UHGV virus genome: UHGV-1366919
From: a virus
Reading direction: 5' to 3' (one strand)
Length of the DNA: 64,000 bases
The position numbers were made by a program, and so were the translations under genes. Under the pieces are notes generated by a model that saw nothing but the letters and a program-made list of their open reading frames with translations, ran no database searches and was not told the origin of the DNA. This document shows positions 18,807-27,658 of this stretch, one piece after another; position 1 is the stretch's first letter, and each line of letters starts with the position of its first letter.

Positions 18807-18820
18807 TTAAAGGTGATTAA
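18807..18820 (-). promoter_or_regulatory. conserved upstream motif, about 29 nt 5' of 18509..18778
   Basis: + strand ttaaaggtgattaa. Confidence 0.4.
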
Positions 18821-19281
18821 TTTCCTGCGTATTCAACTAAAAGAACAGAAATATCATGCTTTGTTCGAAAATTATACAAAAGATTTTCAAATTCTTTTGG
18901 TTTTACTCGTCCTATACCGCATCCCAAAAAAGGCATTACAACAGTATTAAGATGATGAGTGTTCATAACTTCAAACAAATCGCAAAGAGACAAAGAAATA
19001 TCTCCCAAATTTGCTATTGAACCAGGATAAAACATGGTTGGAACATTGGCAATCATTTTCCAATTATCTTCATCGGACAAATAAAAATAATGGCCTTTAC
19101 CAATATTAACCATTTTAGAATTACAAGAGTTCTGATAACTCCAGTACATTTCAGGAAATTTATCGGCAAAAGCTTTTGCAACTCCTGCTCCCATTACTCC
19201 GATACAATTGACGGCATTGCAAATTACATCCGCCTTTGTATCAAAGATATTTCCTTTTGTTTTAATAACTTTAAGAGACAT
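18817..19281 (-). CDS. macro-domain (ADP-ribose binding/processing) protein
   Basis: GNIFDTKADVICNAVNCIGVMGAGVAKAF matches the macro-domain signature (..ADaIVNAAN..l..GgGVa.ai). Confidence 0.7.
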   Translation of the reverse strand: MSLKVIKTKGNIFDTKADVICNAVNCIGVMGAGVAKAFADKFPEMYWSYQNSCNSKMVNIGKGHYFYLSDEDNWKMIANVPTMFYPGSIANLGDISLSLCDLFEVMNTHHLNTVVMPFLGCGIGRVKPKEFENLLYNFRTKHDISVLLVEYAGN

Positions 19282-19586
19282 TATAACTCTGGTTCATATT
19301 CAATATTACGAAGAATGAATTCTTCCAACCATTCTTGTGAAAGAACTCCAGTGTAGGATTCAAGCTTGTCATAGTTCTCATCACAAGCAACAAAAGTAGG
19401 AACAGATCGAATTTCGAACTTTTTAACATAAGGCATTGCCGAATTATCCTGATCGACAACAAAACTCATGAATTCGATTTCAGGATCTTTTTTATATTTT
19501 TCAACTACACGTTCCCAGGCTGGTTTCATCATACGGCATGGACCACATGTAGAAGAAGAAAAAAGTAAAAATTTAGTCATTATCAA
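19281..19586 (-). CDS. thioredoxin-fold protein (CGPC active site)
   Basis: FSSSTCGPCRMMKP contains the canonical CGPC dithiol motif. 101 aa. Confidence 0.7.
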   Translation of the reverse strand: MIMTKFLLFSSSTCGPCRMMKPAWERVVEKYKKDPEIEFMSFVVDQDNSAMPYVKKFEIRSVPTFVACDENYDKLESYTGVLSQEWLEEFILRNIEYEPEL

Positions 19587-19797
19587 AAATAATAATAGTT
19601 AGTAGAGCGATAATTCCCCCGAAAATAATTCCAAGAATAGTAGCAGCAATAGAAATCCAAGTTGGAGAAAATAACTGAATCCAATTCCAATTAGTAAAAG
19701 GCTCATAACCAAACCAATACCAAAATAGAATCATCATCTGAAGAAATCCTCCAACAGATAAACCATTATTAATAGCTTTATTTGTTATATTCTTCAT
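19573..19797 (-). CDS. small membrane protein
   Basis: 74 aa with two hydrophobic helices. Confidence 0.4.
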   Translation of the reverse strand: MKNITNKAINNGLSVGGFLQMMILFWYWFGYEPFTNWNWIQLFSPTWISIAATILGIIFGGIIALLTIIIFDND

Positions 19798-19819
19798 TAA
19801 AAATATAATATGAAAATTC

Positions 19820-20155
19820 TTAGTTATCGAAAGTGCTCAACTCTGAAGTTTGAAGTTCTGCATTCCAAATTGGTTTCCAACTATATTTGTCATCATAAGG
19901 AGTCATAGGAATAATCCTGGGAGCTTCTTTATTATTAATAACTTTTTCTTTATTAATAATATCTTGAGCCTCTTTATAACATTTCTCCATAATAGATGAA
20001 ATATTATCAGACTTAATAGTTGCTATCGGCTTCTTTTCCTCTTCAATAATAATATTAATAATCTTCCTAAGTTTAAAATCTGACAACTTGGAAAGATCAA
20101 TTTGTTTTACCATTTTGATAAGGATTTCTCTTTGAGTTTCAGTTTCCGAGCTCAT
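19820..20155 (-). CDS. hypothetical protein
   Basis: 111 aa. Confidence 0.35.
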   Translation of the reverse strand: MSSETETQREILIKMVKQIDLSKLSDFKLRKIINIIIEEEKKPIATIKSDNISSIMEKCYKEAQDIINKEKVINNKEAPRIIPMTPYDDKYSWKPIWNAELQTSELSTFDN

Positions 20156-20369
20156 CTTTAAATTTGTTTAAAAGTTTTTGTTGCTGTTCTTTTGTCAAGG
20201 AATTAAAGAATTTAAGAAAAGGATTTTCTCGAATCTTCTTAAATTCTTCCCCAATAGTCTTGAATGTTTCATCAAGCTCTTTTTTGAAATTAGAAATTTC
20301 GGCCGATTGAATCTTTTTTCGAAGATCTTCTACTGGTTTTGGATCACGTGGTTTAAATTTTAAGCTCAT
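20139..20369 (-). CDS. hypothetical protein
   Basis: 76 aa, lysine-rich. Confidence 0.3.
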   Translation of the reverse strand: MSLKFKPRDPKPVEDLRKKIQSAEISNFKKELDETFKTIGEEFKKIRENPFLKFFNSLTKEQQQKLLNKFKDELGN

Positions 20370-20671
20370 GAATATTTTCCGTTTCTTTTCTTAATGGTTC
20401 TTAATTCTTGAATACTAGCTAATTCTTTTTCTTCGTTAATATAATAATTAAAAATTAACTTTGCAGCTTTATATTGTGCATCCATATCATTCCATTTATA
20501 TGGAAAAATCGCAAGAATTGTATTCCCTGTAATTATTCTAAATTCAGAATTAAAATGAACTCCTCCCCAATCATCGACATAACTATCTTCAAATCTAACT
20601 AATTCAATCGATCCCGATTTTTTGTCGTGCTTCTCTATATTTTTCATCAATTTTTTTCGAGGATTTCTCAA
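20366..20671 (-). CDS. hypothetical protein
   Basis: 101 aa. Confidence 0.35.
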   Translation of the reverse strand: MRNPRKKLMKNIEKHDKKSGSIELVRFEDSYVDDWGGVHFNSEFRIITGNTILAIFPYKWNDMDAQYKAAKLIFNYYINEEKELASIQELRTIKKRNGKYS

Positions 20672-20936
20672 GAAATGCTTTTATCTTATCTTCAAAAAGA
20701 CTTTCAAGACAAATTATTAATGCCACTAATAATGATATAGGCCAAAATATAGATAAGAATAATTTAAAAAATAAAGATTCCTTTATTCCTTCATATAAAA
20801 AACAATATAAAAAACTAAATGGATGCTTTATTGCTTTTTTAAAACTAAAATTTAAATTAAAATCTATAAAATCATAAAGATTAAATCCTAAAAAAGATAA
20901 AAAAGCAATAATGATATATCCTGCTAATATATTCAT
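20604..20936 (-). CDS. hypothetical membrane protein
   Basis: 110 aa, hydrophobic. Overlaps previous ORF by 68 nt, so the start may be further downstream. Confidence 0.3.
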   Translation of the reverse strand: MNILAGYIIIAFLSFLGFNLYDFIDFNLNFSFKKAIKHPFSFLYCFLYEGIKESLFFKLFLSIFWPISLLVALIICLESLFEDKIKAFLEKSSKKIDEKYREARQKIGID

Positions 20937-21268
20937 AATTCTTTAATTTCTTCGGGAAGAACTTTTTTACGAAGCAAACTTTCTTTAAACCATTTGAAGT
21001 TTTTAATAGAAAACCAGCTAAATTTTTCATCAGGCTTAAAAAATTCTTTCTTAAAAGATAGAAGATCGTTAAATATTTCCACCCTCATCTGATTATAAAA
21101 TTTATCATCTGTAACTACAATAATTTGACCATTTTCCTTTTCATAAAGAGTCAAAATATCTCCTTCTGTTTGACCAAAATAAATTTCTTTGGCGTTAAAC
21201 TTATATGTTATTCCATCAGATCTATTGACAATAGTCCGATTAATACAGTCTTTACAGTCTTTATCCAT
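20933..21268 (-). CDS. hypothetical protein
   Basis: 111 aa. Confidence 0.35.
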   Translation of the reverse strand: MDKDCKDCINRTIVNRSDGITYKFNAKEIYFGQTEGDILTLYEKENGQIIVVTDDKFYNQMRVEIFNDLLSFKKEFFKPDEKFSWFSIKNFKWFKESLLRKKVLPEEIKEL

Positions 21269-21285
21269 AATTTATTAAATATTAA

Positions 21286-22428
21286 TTATTTTCTAATTGC
21301 TTTAAACTTCCCAAACCTAGGTACATTAAGATCAGGAGTTAAATCCTGATAAATGATAGTTGCCATCTTGCCTTCATAAAGTGCTCGATTTTTGAAAAAT
21401 TCACGTTTAGCAGGTTCATCCCAGCCTTTACCCATACCTACTGAAAATTGAACTCCATTTTCATCTTCACAAATTATTTGTGCTGCTTGTCCGGCATGAT
21501 TACCCCGTCCATCAAGAATTTGAACAATCTTATATTCGCTATCTTGAAATCGCTTATACTTTACAAGATTAGAAGAACGTCCTTCATCATAAGTCATCTC
21601 GGGATTACGAAGCATAATTCCTTCAAATCCATTTTCGATTGCATCATCTAAATAAGCTTCTACCTCTTCAAAAGAATTAACTTCAAATTGAGTAACACCC
21701 AAACTATACTTTAATGTAATATTATTAATCTGAAGGGGATAAAGATGATGACAACATTGATTAAGCTTGGTATGCTTATTACGGTCCTTATAAGGAATCT
21801 TTGTATTTCGTTCCGCAAAATCAAAAGCATGAAATTTAATAATGCTTTTTGTTTTTGCCAGGAATTCTTCAGTAATATTCTTAGTTCTAGAAATCAAAGA
21901 TGCAACTTGATTAAAATCATCTCTAAGTTCATGAGAATATAATTCTCCATCAATAATTGCATTAGGATTAGCAATGAAATAAGGTTTCAACTCCTCAAAT
22001 ACATGAGGGCATGAAAGAATCTCATGATGAGTCCTTGAAAACATTCCTTTAGCACAAATATAACATCTAAAGCCATCTAATTTGGCAGAAGCAAATTGAG
22101 GAAATTTAATAAATTTCTTTCTTGCTTTAAATTCTTTGGCAAGAGTTACTTCAAATTGTTTTTCAGTTGGAATAGTATCTTGAAACCCCCTTTTCCTTTG
22201 CTTTTCAATTCGAGATTGTACTTCTAAAGCACATTGCTGTTCAGGAGTAGTAGCATTAGAACGACCTTCATTCTTACCTTCACAATAAGTCGGTTCAGTC
22301 GTAGTAATAGCTCCCCCTACTCGACCAGAAGACATAGTATACCAATTACTGGAATCGTCATAAGATATACTCCATGTAATAGGATTGCCTTTCTTATCGA
22401 GATTAAACAATTCGAAAGATTTAATCAT
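21286..22428 (-). CDS. ATP-dependent DNA ligase
   Basis: AKLDGFRCY = KxDGxR nucleotidyltransferase motif I. EGIMLR and LVKYK resemble ligase motifs IV and V. Confidence 0.65.
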   Translation of the reverse strand: MIKSFELFNLDKKGNPITWSISYDDSSNWYTMSSGRVGGAITTTEPTYCEGKNEGRSNATTPEQQCALEVQSRIEKQRKRGFQDTIPTEKQFEVTLAKEFKARKKFIKFPQFASAKLDGFRCYICAKGMFSRTHHEILSCPHVFEELKPYFIANPNAIIDGELYSHELRDDFNQVASLISRTKNITEEFLAKTKSIIKFHAFDFAERNTKIPYKDRNKHTKLNQCCHHLYPLQINNITLKYSLGVTQFEVNSFEEVEAYLDDAIENGFEGIMLRNPEMTYDEGRSSNLVKYKRFQDSEYKIVQILDGRGNHAGQAAQIICEDENGVQFSVGMGKGWDEPAKREFFKNRALYEGKMATIIYQDLTPDLNVPRFGKFKAIRK

Positions 22429-22457
22429 TATTTTTTAATAAATTATTTCTTAAAAAT

Positions 22458-22471
22458 CGATGGTGTTTAAA
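22458..22471 (-). promoter_or_regulatory. conserved upstream motif variant (CACCAT), about 30 nt 5' of DNA ligase gene
   Basis: + strand gatggtgtttaaac. Confidence 0.35.
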
Positions 22472-22790
22472 CTATCTCCTTAAAGTCAAAAGTCTCATCA
22501 TCCTCATTGATAAATGAAACAAGATGGTAAGTTTCATCAGAAAATCCGTCTGAAACTTTTACTTTAATTTCCCACCCTTCCCCGAACAATCCTCCATAAG
22601 TACCCCAGAAAATTTGAGAAGCACAAAATTTAGCAGCATCCGCCATATTTTGGATATTGTTAGCTTTAATATCATATTTGTTAACAATCAAATAACCATG
22701 TTTCTTAACTTTTCCGTCATCCCAAAGTTCTTTAGCAATGCAAACATAATTTGCATCCTTAAGAAGTGACATATTAATCTTTTTACTCAT
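22467..22790 (-). CDS. hypothetical protein
   Basis: 107 aa. Confidence 0.35.
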   Translation of the reverse strand: MSKKINMSLLKDANYVCIAKELWDDGKVKKHGYLIVNKYDIKANNIQNMADAAKFCASQIFWGTYGGLFGEGWEIKVKVSDGFSDETYHLVSFINEDDETFDFKEIV

Positions 22791-23829
22791 AAAAATTTAA
22801 AATATAATTCTTAAAAAATTCCTTATCAGGTTTTTCAGGTAATTTTGACTTATTAAACAATTCTTTTAATTCTAAAGATTTTTCATTTGCCAACTTCATT
22901 AGATAATCATATTCAAAATCGCCATTTCTAATCTTTAAAAGAAATTGTCTTAAAATAGGATTACATTTAACCGTTAATGTTCCATCTTTTAAAATCTCTC
23001 TGCAAAGACTCATAAGACGGAAAAGATGCATCATATTCTTTGTATCATAAAAGGTTTTATCAGACGTCTTTTCTACATTTGTTGCATATCTTTTTTCATT
23101 CCTTTTAGCAACCCAATCCCAGTATTCTTTATATTCTTTACAATATTTCTGATAAGCCGGAATATTAATAATCACATAGGCTGCGGTATTTGCATTTTTT
23201 GGAACCGATGTAATATTAATGTTCATGTCTAAAATAGGTCCGGCTTTACAAGGATGATTATAAAGTACATAAACATTTTCAGCATGATTCATTTTACAAA
23301 GAGATAAATTAGTCTCTTTAATACCACAGCATTCCAACCAGTCTCGATAAGGAATAGAATGTTGATAGCACAACACCCAGCTAAAATCTTTTAACGTTTT
23401 TCTTTCTTTAGGAAAAGGATTAGCTGACTTTTTATTAACGTTTTTGGCCTTTAAAATTTGAGATTCAGCATAAGCTCCAAAAGTATAAAAACATTTCTTG
23501 GAAAGAACTTTTTCAATTAGGGGATCAAATCGTTTATCCCTAATTTTAACATGTTCAGGATCAGTAGTAAACAAAACTTCAAGAGCCGAAGGAGTATTCT
23601 TTCTTAGTTGTTCAAGGAAGAATCCAATCTCGGTATAGATAGTATCATTATTATTCTCCTGGATTACCTTTTCATATTCACCAACTAATATATCTTTAAC
23701 AGGATGAGCAAAAACACCTCTAATATCAACATCCGAATCTTTAGTATTCAACCCATAAGAAATACTTCCCGCAATAACGCTCAATAATACTTCTTTACCC
23801 TTCAGAGGTCCTTCTCCACTTAAACACAT
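22783..23829 (-). CDS. polymerase-beta-superfamily nucleotidyltransferase-domain protein
   Basis: GSISYGLNTKDSDVDIRGVF = GS...G......SD.D minimal nucleotidyltransferase signature. Followed by a roughly 280 aa extension. Confidence 0.5.
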   Translation of the reverse strand: MCLSGEGPLKGKEVLLSVIAGSISYGLNTKDSDVDIRGVFAHPVKDILVGEYEKVIQENNNDTIYTEIGFFLEQLRKNTPSALEVLFTTDPEHVKIRDKRFDPLIEKVLSKKCFYTFGAYAESQILKAKNVNKKSANPFPKERKTLKDFSWVLCYQHSIPYRDWLECCGIKETNLSLCKMNHAENVYVLYNHPCKAGPILDMNINITSVPKNANTAAYVIINIPAYQKYCKEYKEYWDWVAKRNEKRYATNVEKTSDKTFYDTKNMMHLFRLMSLCREILKDGTLTVKCNPILRQFLLKIRNGDFEYDYLMKLANEKSLELKELFNKSKLPEKPDKEFFKNYILNFYE

Positions 23830-23859
23830 GAATTCATTTTATAAATTTCCTTAAAACTT

Positions 23860-23874
23860 GAAGGTGTTTAATGG
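23860..23874 (-). promoter_or_regulatory. conserved upstream motif, about 31 nt 5' of nucleotidyltransferase gene; 17 nt before a TATAAAAT element
   Basis: + strand gaaggtgtttaatgg. Confidence 0.4.
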
Positions 23875-23947
23875 TAAAAATAAAAGAGAGAAATGCTTGA
23901 AAAATAAAGCATTTCTCTCAAGTTATATAGCTTTTTCTAAGCTTCTT

Positions 23948-24388
23948 TTACGCTTTAGGGACGACTTTTACCGGACGTCCGGTCTTAATCGCCAATTGAA
24001 TGCCAGAGTCAATAGCAGACTTGATAGATTCTAAAGCCATCATCAATTTTTCATTATCATGAATCTTTGCCATATTTTCGTCATATACATTCATGATTTC
24101 AGAAACAACCTTATCTACAATTTGCTTCGAGAACAATTTAGACAAAGCTTCTGTCAGCTTGGCCTGAAGTTCATCCCGGGTAACTTGATCGTTCTTAATA
24201 ATAGTTCCAATAATGTCAGAAGCCTTTTGGAAAGCCGCCAATGTTTCAGCATCCTTTCGAATAGACGAGGACACAACACATGCTCCGGAACAAACCATCA
24301 AATCTTCTTTTCCTTGCTTATCTAAAAGCATATTTTGAGAACAGGAACACATAATTCCCCCTACCAGCAATGATAAAATAATTTTCAT
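23948..24388 (-). CDS. putative lipoprotein
   Basis: MKIILSLLVGGIMCSCSQN signal peptide with lipobox-like Cys. Confidence 0.45.
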   Translation of the reverse strand: MKIILSLLVGGIMCSCSQNMLLDKQGKEDLMVCSGACVVSSSIRKDAETLAAFQKASDIIGTIIKNDQVTRDELQAKLTEALSKLFSKQIVDKVVSEIMNVYDENMAKIHDNEKLMMALESIKSAIDSGIQLAIKTGRPVKVVPKA

Positions 24389-24398
24389 ATAATTTTAA

Positions 24399-25235
24399 TT
24401 AATTTACTTCTTCAAGAACTTCAAATCTATTTGTGCGAATCTTTCCATCCTTGAAAGAGATATAATGAAGATCTTTAAAAAATATTCTTACTTTGATAAT
24501 TTTTTCAGAACAATATACTTTGGCATTTATATAATCCCAAACACTTAATCCAAAAGAATTATCTACATCATCCTTGTCGCATATATCCGTATATGTGTTG
24601 CCTACTTCATATGTTATACGTGATGTCATAGTAGAAGTATTATCTTTCTTAATTCCCTTATAAGCTATAAAAGAATGTTCATCGTAATCTTCATACTTAA
24701 TACCTGATGTTTTTTCCGCAAATCTTAGTGTTTCCTTCTTATTTTCTTCAGGCTCATGAGCTTTATTATATTCTCTCCAGAGCGTTTCTGCCAAAAACTC
24801 GGGCTTGTTGTCATAAGCTTGAAGCAATTCTAAAATAGTCAACAAAGTTTCTTTATCTAAAGTTTCATCTTGAACAATAATAGCTTTGGCAATTTTTAAA
24901 GCAATGTTAAATTGTGCAATAGCCGTTAAACCACTGTTGTTAATCTTTGCAAAAAACTTATAAAGAAAAGGAACACAAAATAATTGATAGTTTACATCAG
25001 ATTTATAATAAGATTTATAAAACTTTTCTATAAACTTTGTTCTAAATGCTTCATTTTCAAATCTTGGATTTATATGATAAAGAATAATACTTTCAAATAA
25101 TCCATATTTGTCAAGCAAAGAAAAAATCTGATTGTCATTTAAACAATCAGATTTTTTAGAAGCACAAAATAATCTTGCAAAATATTCGTTAGATGTACAA
25201 TCTTGAAATGTTTTATTTTCAAAAAGGAAATCCAT
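24399..25235 (-). CDS. hypothetical protein
   Basis: 278 aa. Confidence 0.4.
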   Translation of the reverse strand: MDFLFENKTFQDCTSNEYFARLFCASKKSDCLNDNQIFSLLDKYGLFESIILYHINPRFENEAFRTKFIEKFYKSYYKSDVNYQLFCVPFLYKFFAKINNSGLTAIAQFNIALKIAKAIIVQDETLDKETLLTILELLQAYDNKPEFLAETLWREYNKAHEPEENKKETLRFAEKTSGIKYEDYDEHSFIAYKGIKKDNTSTMTSRITYEVGNTYTDICDKDDVDNSFGLSVWDYINAKVYCSEKIIKVRIFFKDLHYISFKDGKIRTNRFEVLEEVN

Positions 25236-25241
25236 ATATTA

Positions 25242-25928
25242 TTAACGAAGAGTAGAATCGATAATATCTTTTGTTCTTGGAGGAAGCCATCCTTCTGGCT
25301 TAATTACATCAAAAGTACTTCCGCGCTTTCCGACATTATCTTTAGTTGCACGAATCTTTTGCATGTTCCTGGCCTGAACATCATTCCACAAAGCCTGGGC
25401 AGGCATGTTCATGAGATTTAACAAGCCCGACGCAACATAAATCAGATCGGTTAAACCATCTGAAATTTCATAAATATTACCTTCCTTGTGCGCTTTATCA
25501 ATTTCTGCAAGTTCTTCATAAAGATGGCCGATCTTTACTTTCATTTCCTCTTCAGGGAGAATACCAAATTGATCCTTTCTCCAAAGACCATATTTTTGCT
25601 GAAAAGCCATTGTATCATCAAAAATATTAGTACTCCAAGTATTCATCAAAGAATGATATTCTTGTGCGTCAAGATCTTCATCATTAATATATTCAAAATA
25701 ACCAGTTAACATTACTTCCACTAAAGTAGATGGAATCCATGTACGAATAGTCATTTGCTTATTTTCTTCAATATTTTTAATGGGATCTCCTTCCAGCATA
25801 GGAGTCTTTGCTCCATTGCCCCATAGATAAAATTGAAGGTCGCCATCTTCAGTAACAAAATTACTGCTCTTCCTGTTTACCACATATCGATTGTGGTCCT
25901 GCTCGCAATGAAAAATTAGATATTTCAT
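25242..25928 (-). CDS. MazG-like nucleoside triphosphate pyrophosphohydrolase
   Basis: KIGHLYEELAEIDKAHKEGNIYEISDGLTDLIYVASGLLNLM is the typical MazG EEL-type helix pair. Confidence 0.65.
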   Translation of the reverse strand: MKYLIFHCEQDHNRYVVNRKSSNFVTEDGDLQFYLWGNGAKTPMLEGDPIKNIEENKQMTIRTWIPSTLVEVMLTGYFEYINDEDLDAQEYHSLMNTWSTNIFDDTMAFQQKYGLWRKDQFGILPEEEMKVKIGHLYEELAEIDKAHKEGNIYEISDGLTDLIYVASGLLNLMNMPAQALWNDVQARNMQKIRATKDNVGKRGSTFDVIKPEGWLPPRTKDIIDSTLR

Positions 25929-25934
25929 ATAAAA

Positions 25935-26441
25935 TTAAAGTGTTTTAAGATAATCATATCGAACTACCTTATATTGAAGATCAGGATGACATGACTTAAA
26001 GGTTAGATAAATGTCCTGATACTTGTCATAAATTTTTGACATAACATCAACATTAGAAATATATTCTTCTTTAGTCTTCATACAATTGACATAGTTTTTA
26101 AGGTAAATCCCCTTATCCATAGGAAGACAAAAAATAATAAGGTCAAAAGCATTTAATAGGTCATTAATAAAATCTTTACCTCCATCCAGGTCCGGACAAA
26201 AATGAATACGCGGTTCATTTCGAACTACTGATCCATAAACATATTCTGAAATAAGATGACGATCAATAATTACATTATCATGTTCTTTTAAGAACTCAAA
26301 AGACTGTTTAATTTGATCCGCATATTCAAAGTCATCCTCATTATAAGAATAATGAATATATTCGCATTTCAAAGCCTCTTGCAAAACTTTTGCCAAATGT
26401 GTTTTCCCGCCTGAATCGGGACCATCCAAATAAATTTTCAT
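25935..26441 (-). CDS. P-loop nucleotide/nucleoside kinase-like protein
   Basis: MKIYLDGPDSGGKTHLAKVL Walker-A at the N-terminus, about 170 aa, as in dNMP/thymidylate-type kinases. Sits in a nucleotide-metabolism cluster. Confidence 0.45.
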   Translation of the reverse strand: MKIYLDGPDSGGKTHLAKVLQEALKCEYIHYSYNEDDFEYADQIKQSFEFLKEHDNVIIDRHLISEYVYGSVVRNEPRIHFCPDLDGGKDFINDLLNAFDLIIFCLPMDKGIYLKNYVNCMKTKEEYISNVDVMSKIYDKYQDIYLTFKSCHPDLQYKVVRYDYLKTL

Positions 26442-26442
26442 A

Positions 26443-26709
26443 TTAATCTTGAGAGGTAAAATTATAACTTATATTATTTTCTAATAGAATCTTAACAAAT
26501 GTTTTTATAATTCCATCATCTTCTTTTCGTTCTCTTGAAAAGAAAATAATAGAATTTTTAAAAATAACAAGATGATCTGTCTCATTATCATCTTTCTTAA
26601 AGATAATAGAAATATCATCTTCATGTTCAAGATGATATAAATTTTGATCTTCTGTTAAAAGAAAAATCTCTTTTTCATCTTGTTCAAAATTAAAAATTTG
26701 GTATTTCAT
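26443..26709 (-). CDS. hypothetical protein
   Basis: 88 aa. Confidence 0.3.
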   Translation of the reverse strand: MKYQIFNFEQDEKEIFLLTEDQNLYHLEHEDDISIIFKKDDNETDHLVIFKNSIIFFSRERKEDDGIIKTFVKILLENNISYNFTSQD

Positions 26710-27635
26710 ACAGCTACGGGCATATTAATAATCTTGGCTGGCTTATAATTTTCAATAGAAAACCAATCTAATTGAAAATTTTCTAATTTTTCTACATAAT
26801 CAGGACCGGAATAAATTAAATTTGGAGGTACATTAATTGTTGAAGAAATCATTTCCCTTACTCCCTCAATCTGATTTACATAAATGTGACTATCCCCAAA
26901 TAGCCCATAAACAGTTCCCACTTCATGATTTGTCATTTTAGACATCATAAAAAGAAGCAAAGAATAAAGGCAGATATCAAAAGGAACCCCAACAGGCATA
27001 TCACAAGACCTTTGAATCCATCGAAGATGCAAGCGCCGTTTACCATTTTCCAAAGGTTCAGAATAAAACTCTCCGCCCCAATGACAAGGGGGAAGCGCCA
27101 TATCATTTAGTTCTCCCGGATTCCACATTGAAAATACTAATCGCCTATCATCAGGATTAGTTCTAAGAGTATTAATGATATTTTGAATTTGATTAACAGT
27201 CGCCCGTTCTAAAATATCATTTTTAGAAACATTAAAATAACCGCAATCCCATTCCATTAATTGCTTGCCATATACAGGACCCAAATCACCTTTTTCATCA
27301 GCCCATTTATCCCAGTAATGTACATTTTCATTTTTAAGATACATTACATTATTCCTATCAGTATTAGGAATAGGATTTTGAGCTTGAAGAATGCCAAGAA
27401 TCCAGAATAATTCTACTAATGCCCCTTTAAAAAAGATTTTTCGCATTGTAATTAATGGAAAATAACCTTTGGTCAGTAATTTTCCAGAATTCCAGCTAGT
27501 ATTAAAAATACTTTTAGTATCAATACCCGTTCTATTAGATTTAAGAACCCCCTTCTCAAGGATCTCCAGCAAAATCCTGCGATAACAACTCTCAGGCTTG
27601 TGTAAGAAGCCTATTTCCTTTATATCTCCACTCAT
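26706..27635 (-). CDS. td: thymidylate synthase (ThyA type)
   Basis: MALPPCHWGGEFY...RSCDMPVGVPFDICLYSLL matches ThyA ALPPCH...RSCDVFLGLPFNIASYALL. Confidence 0.85.
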   Translation of the reverse strand: MSGDIKEIGFLHKPESCYRRILLEILEKGVLKSNRTGIDTKSIFNTSWNSGKLLTKGYFPLITMRKIFFKGALVELFWILGILQAQNPIPNTDRNNVMYLKNENVHYWDKWADEKGDLGPVYGKQLMEWDCGYFNVSKNDILERATVNQIQNIINTLRTNPDDRRLVFSMWNPGELNDMALPPCHWGGEFYSEPLENGKRRLHLRWIQRSCDMPVGVPFDICLYSLLLFMMSKMTNHEVGTVYGLFGDSHIYVNQIEGVREMISSTINVPPNLIYSGPDYVEKLENFQLDWFSIENYKPAKIINMPVAV

Positions 27636-27658
27636 TTCTTTTTATCTTATCAGTATTC

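Noticed and set aside
18807-18820. Reading the recurring AAAGGTG as Shine-Dalgarno sequences on the + strand
   Set aside because: These copies lie downstream of minus-strand stop codons, and no + strand ORF follows them. In the orientation of the neighbouring genes they read CACCTT and sit 25-80 nt upstream of starts, so they are not RBSs.
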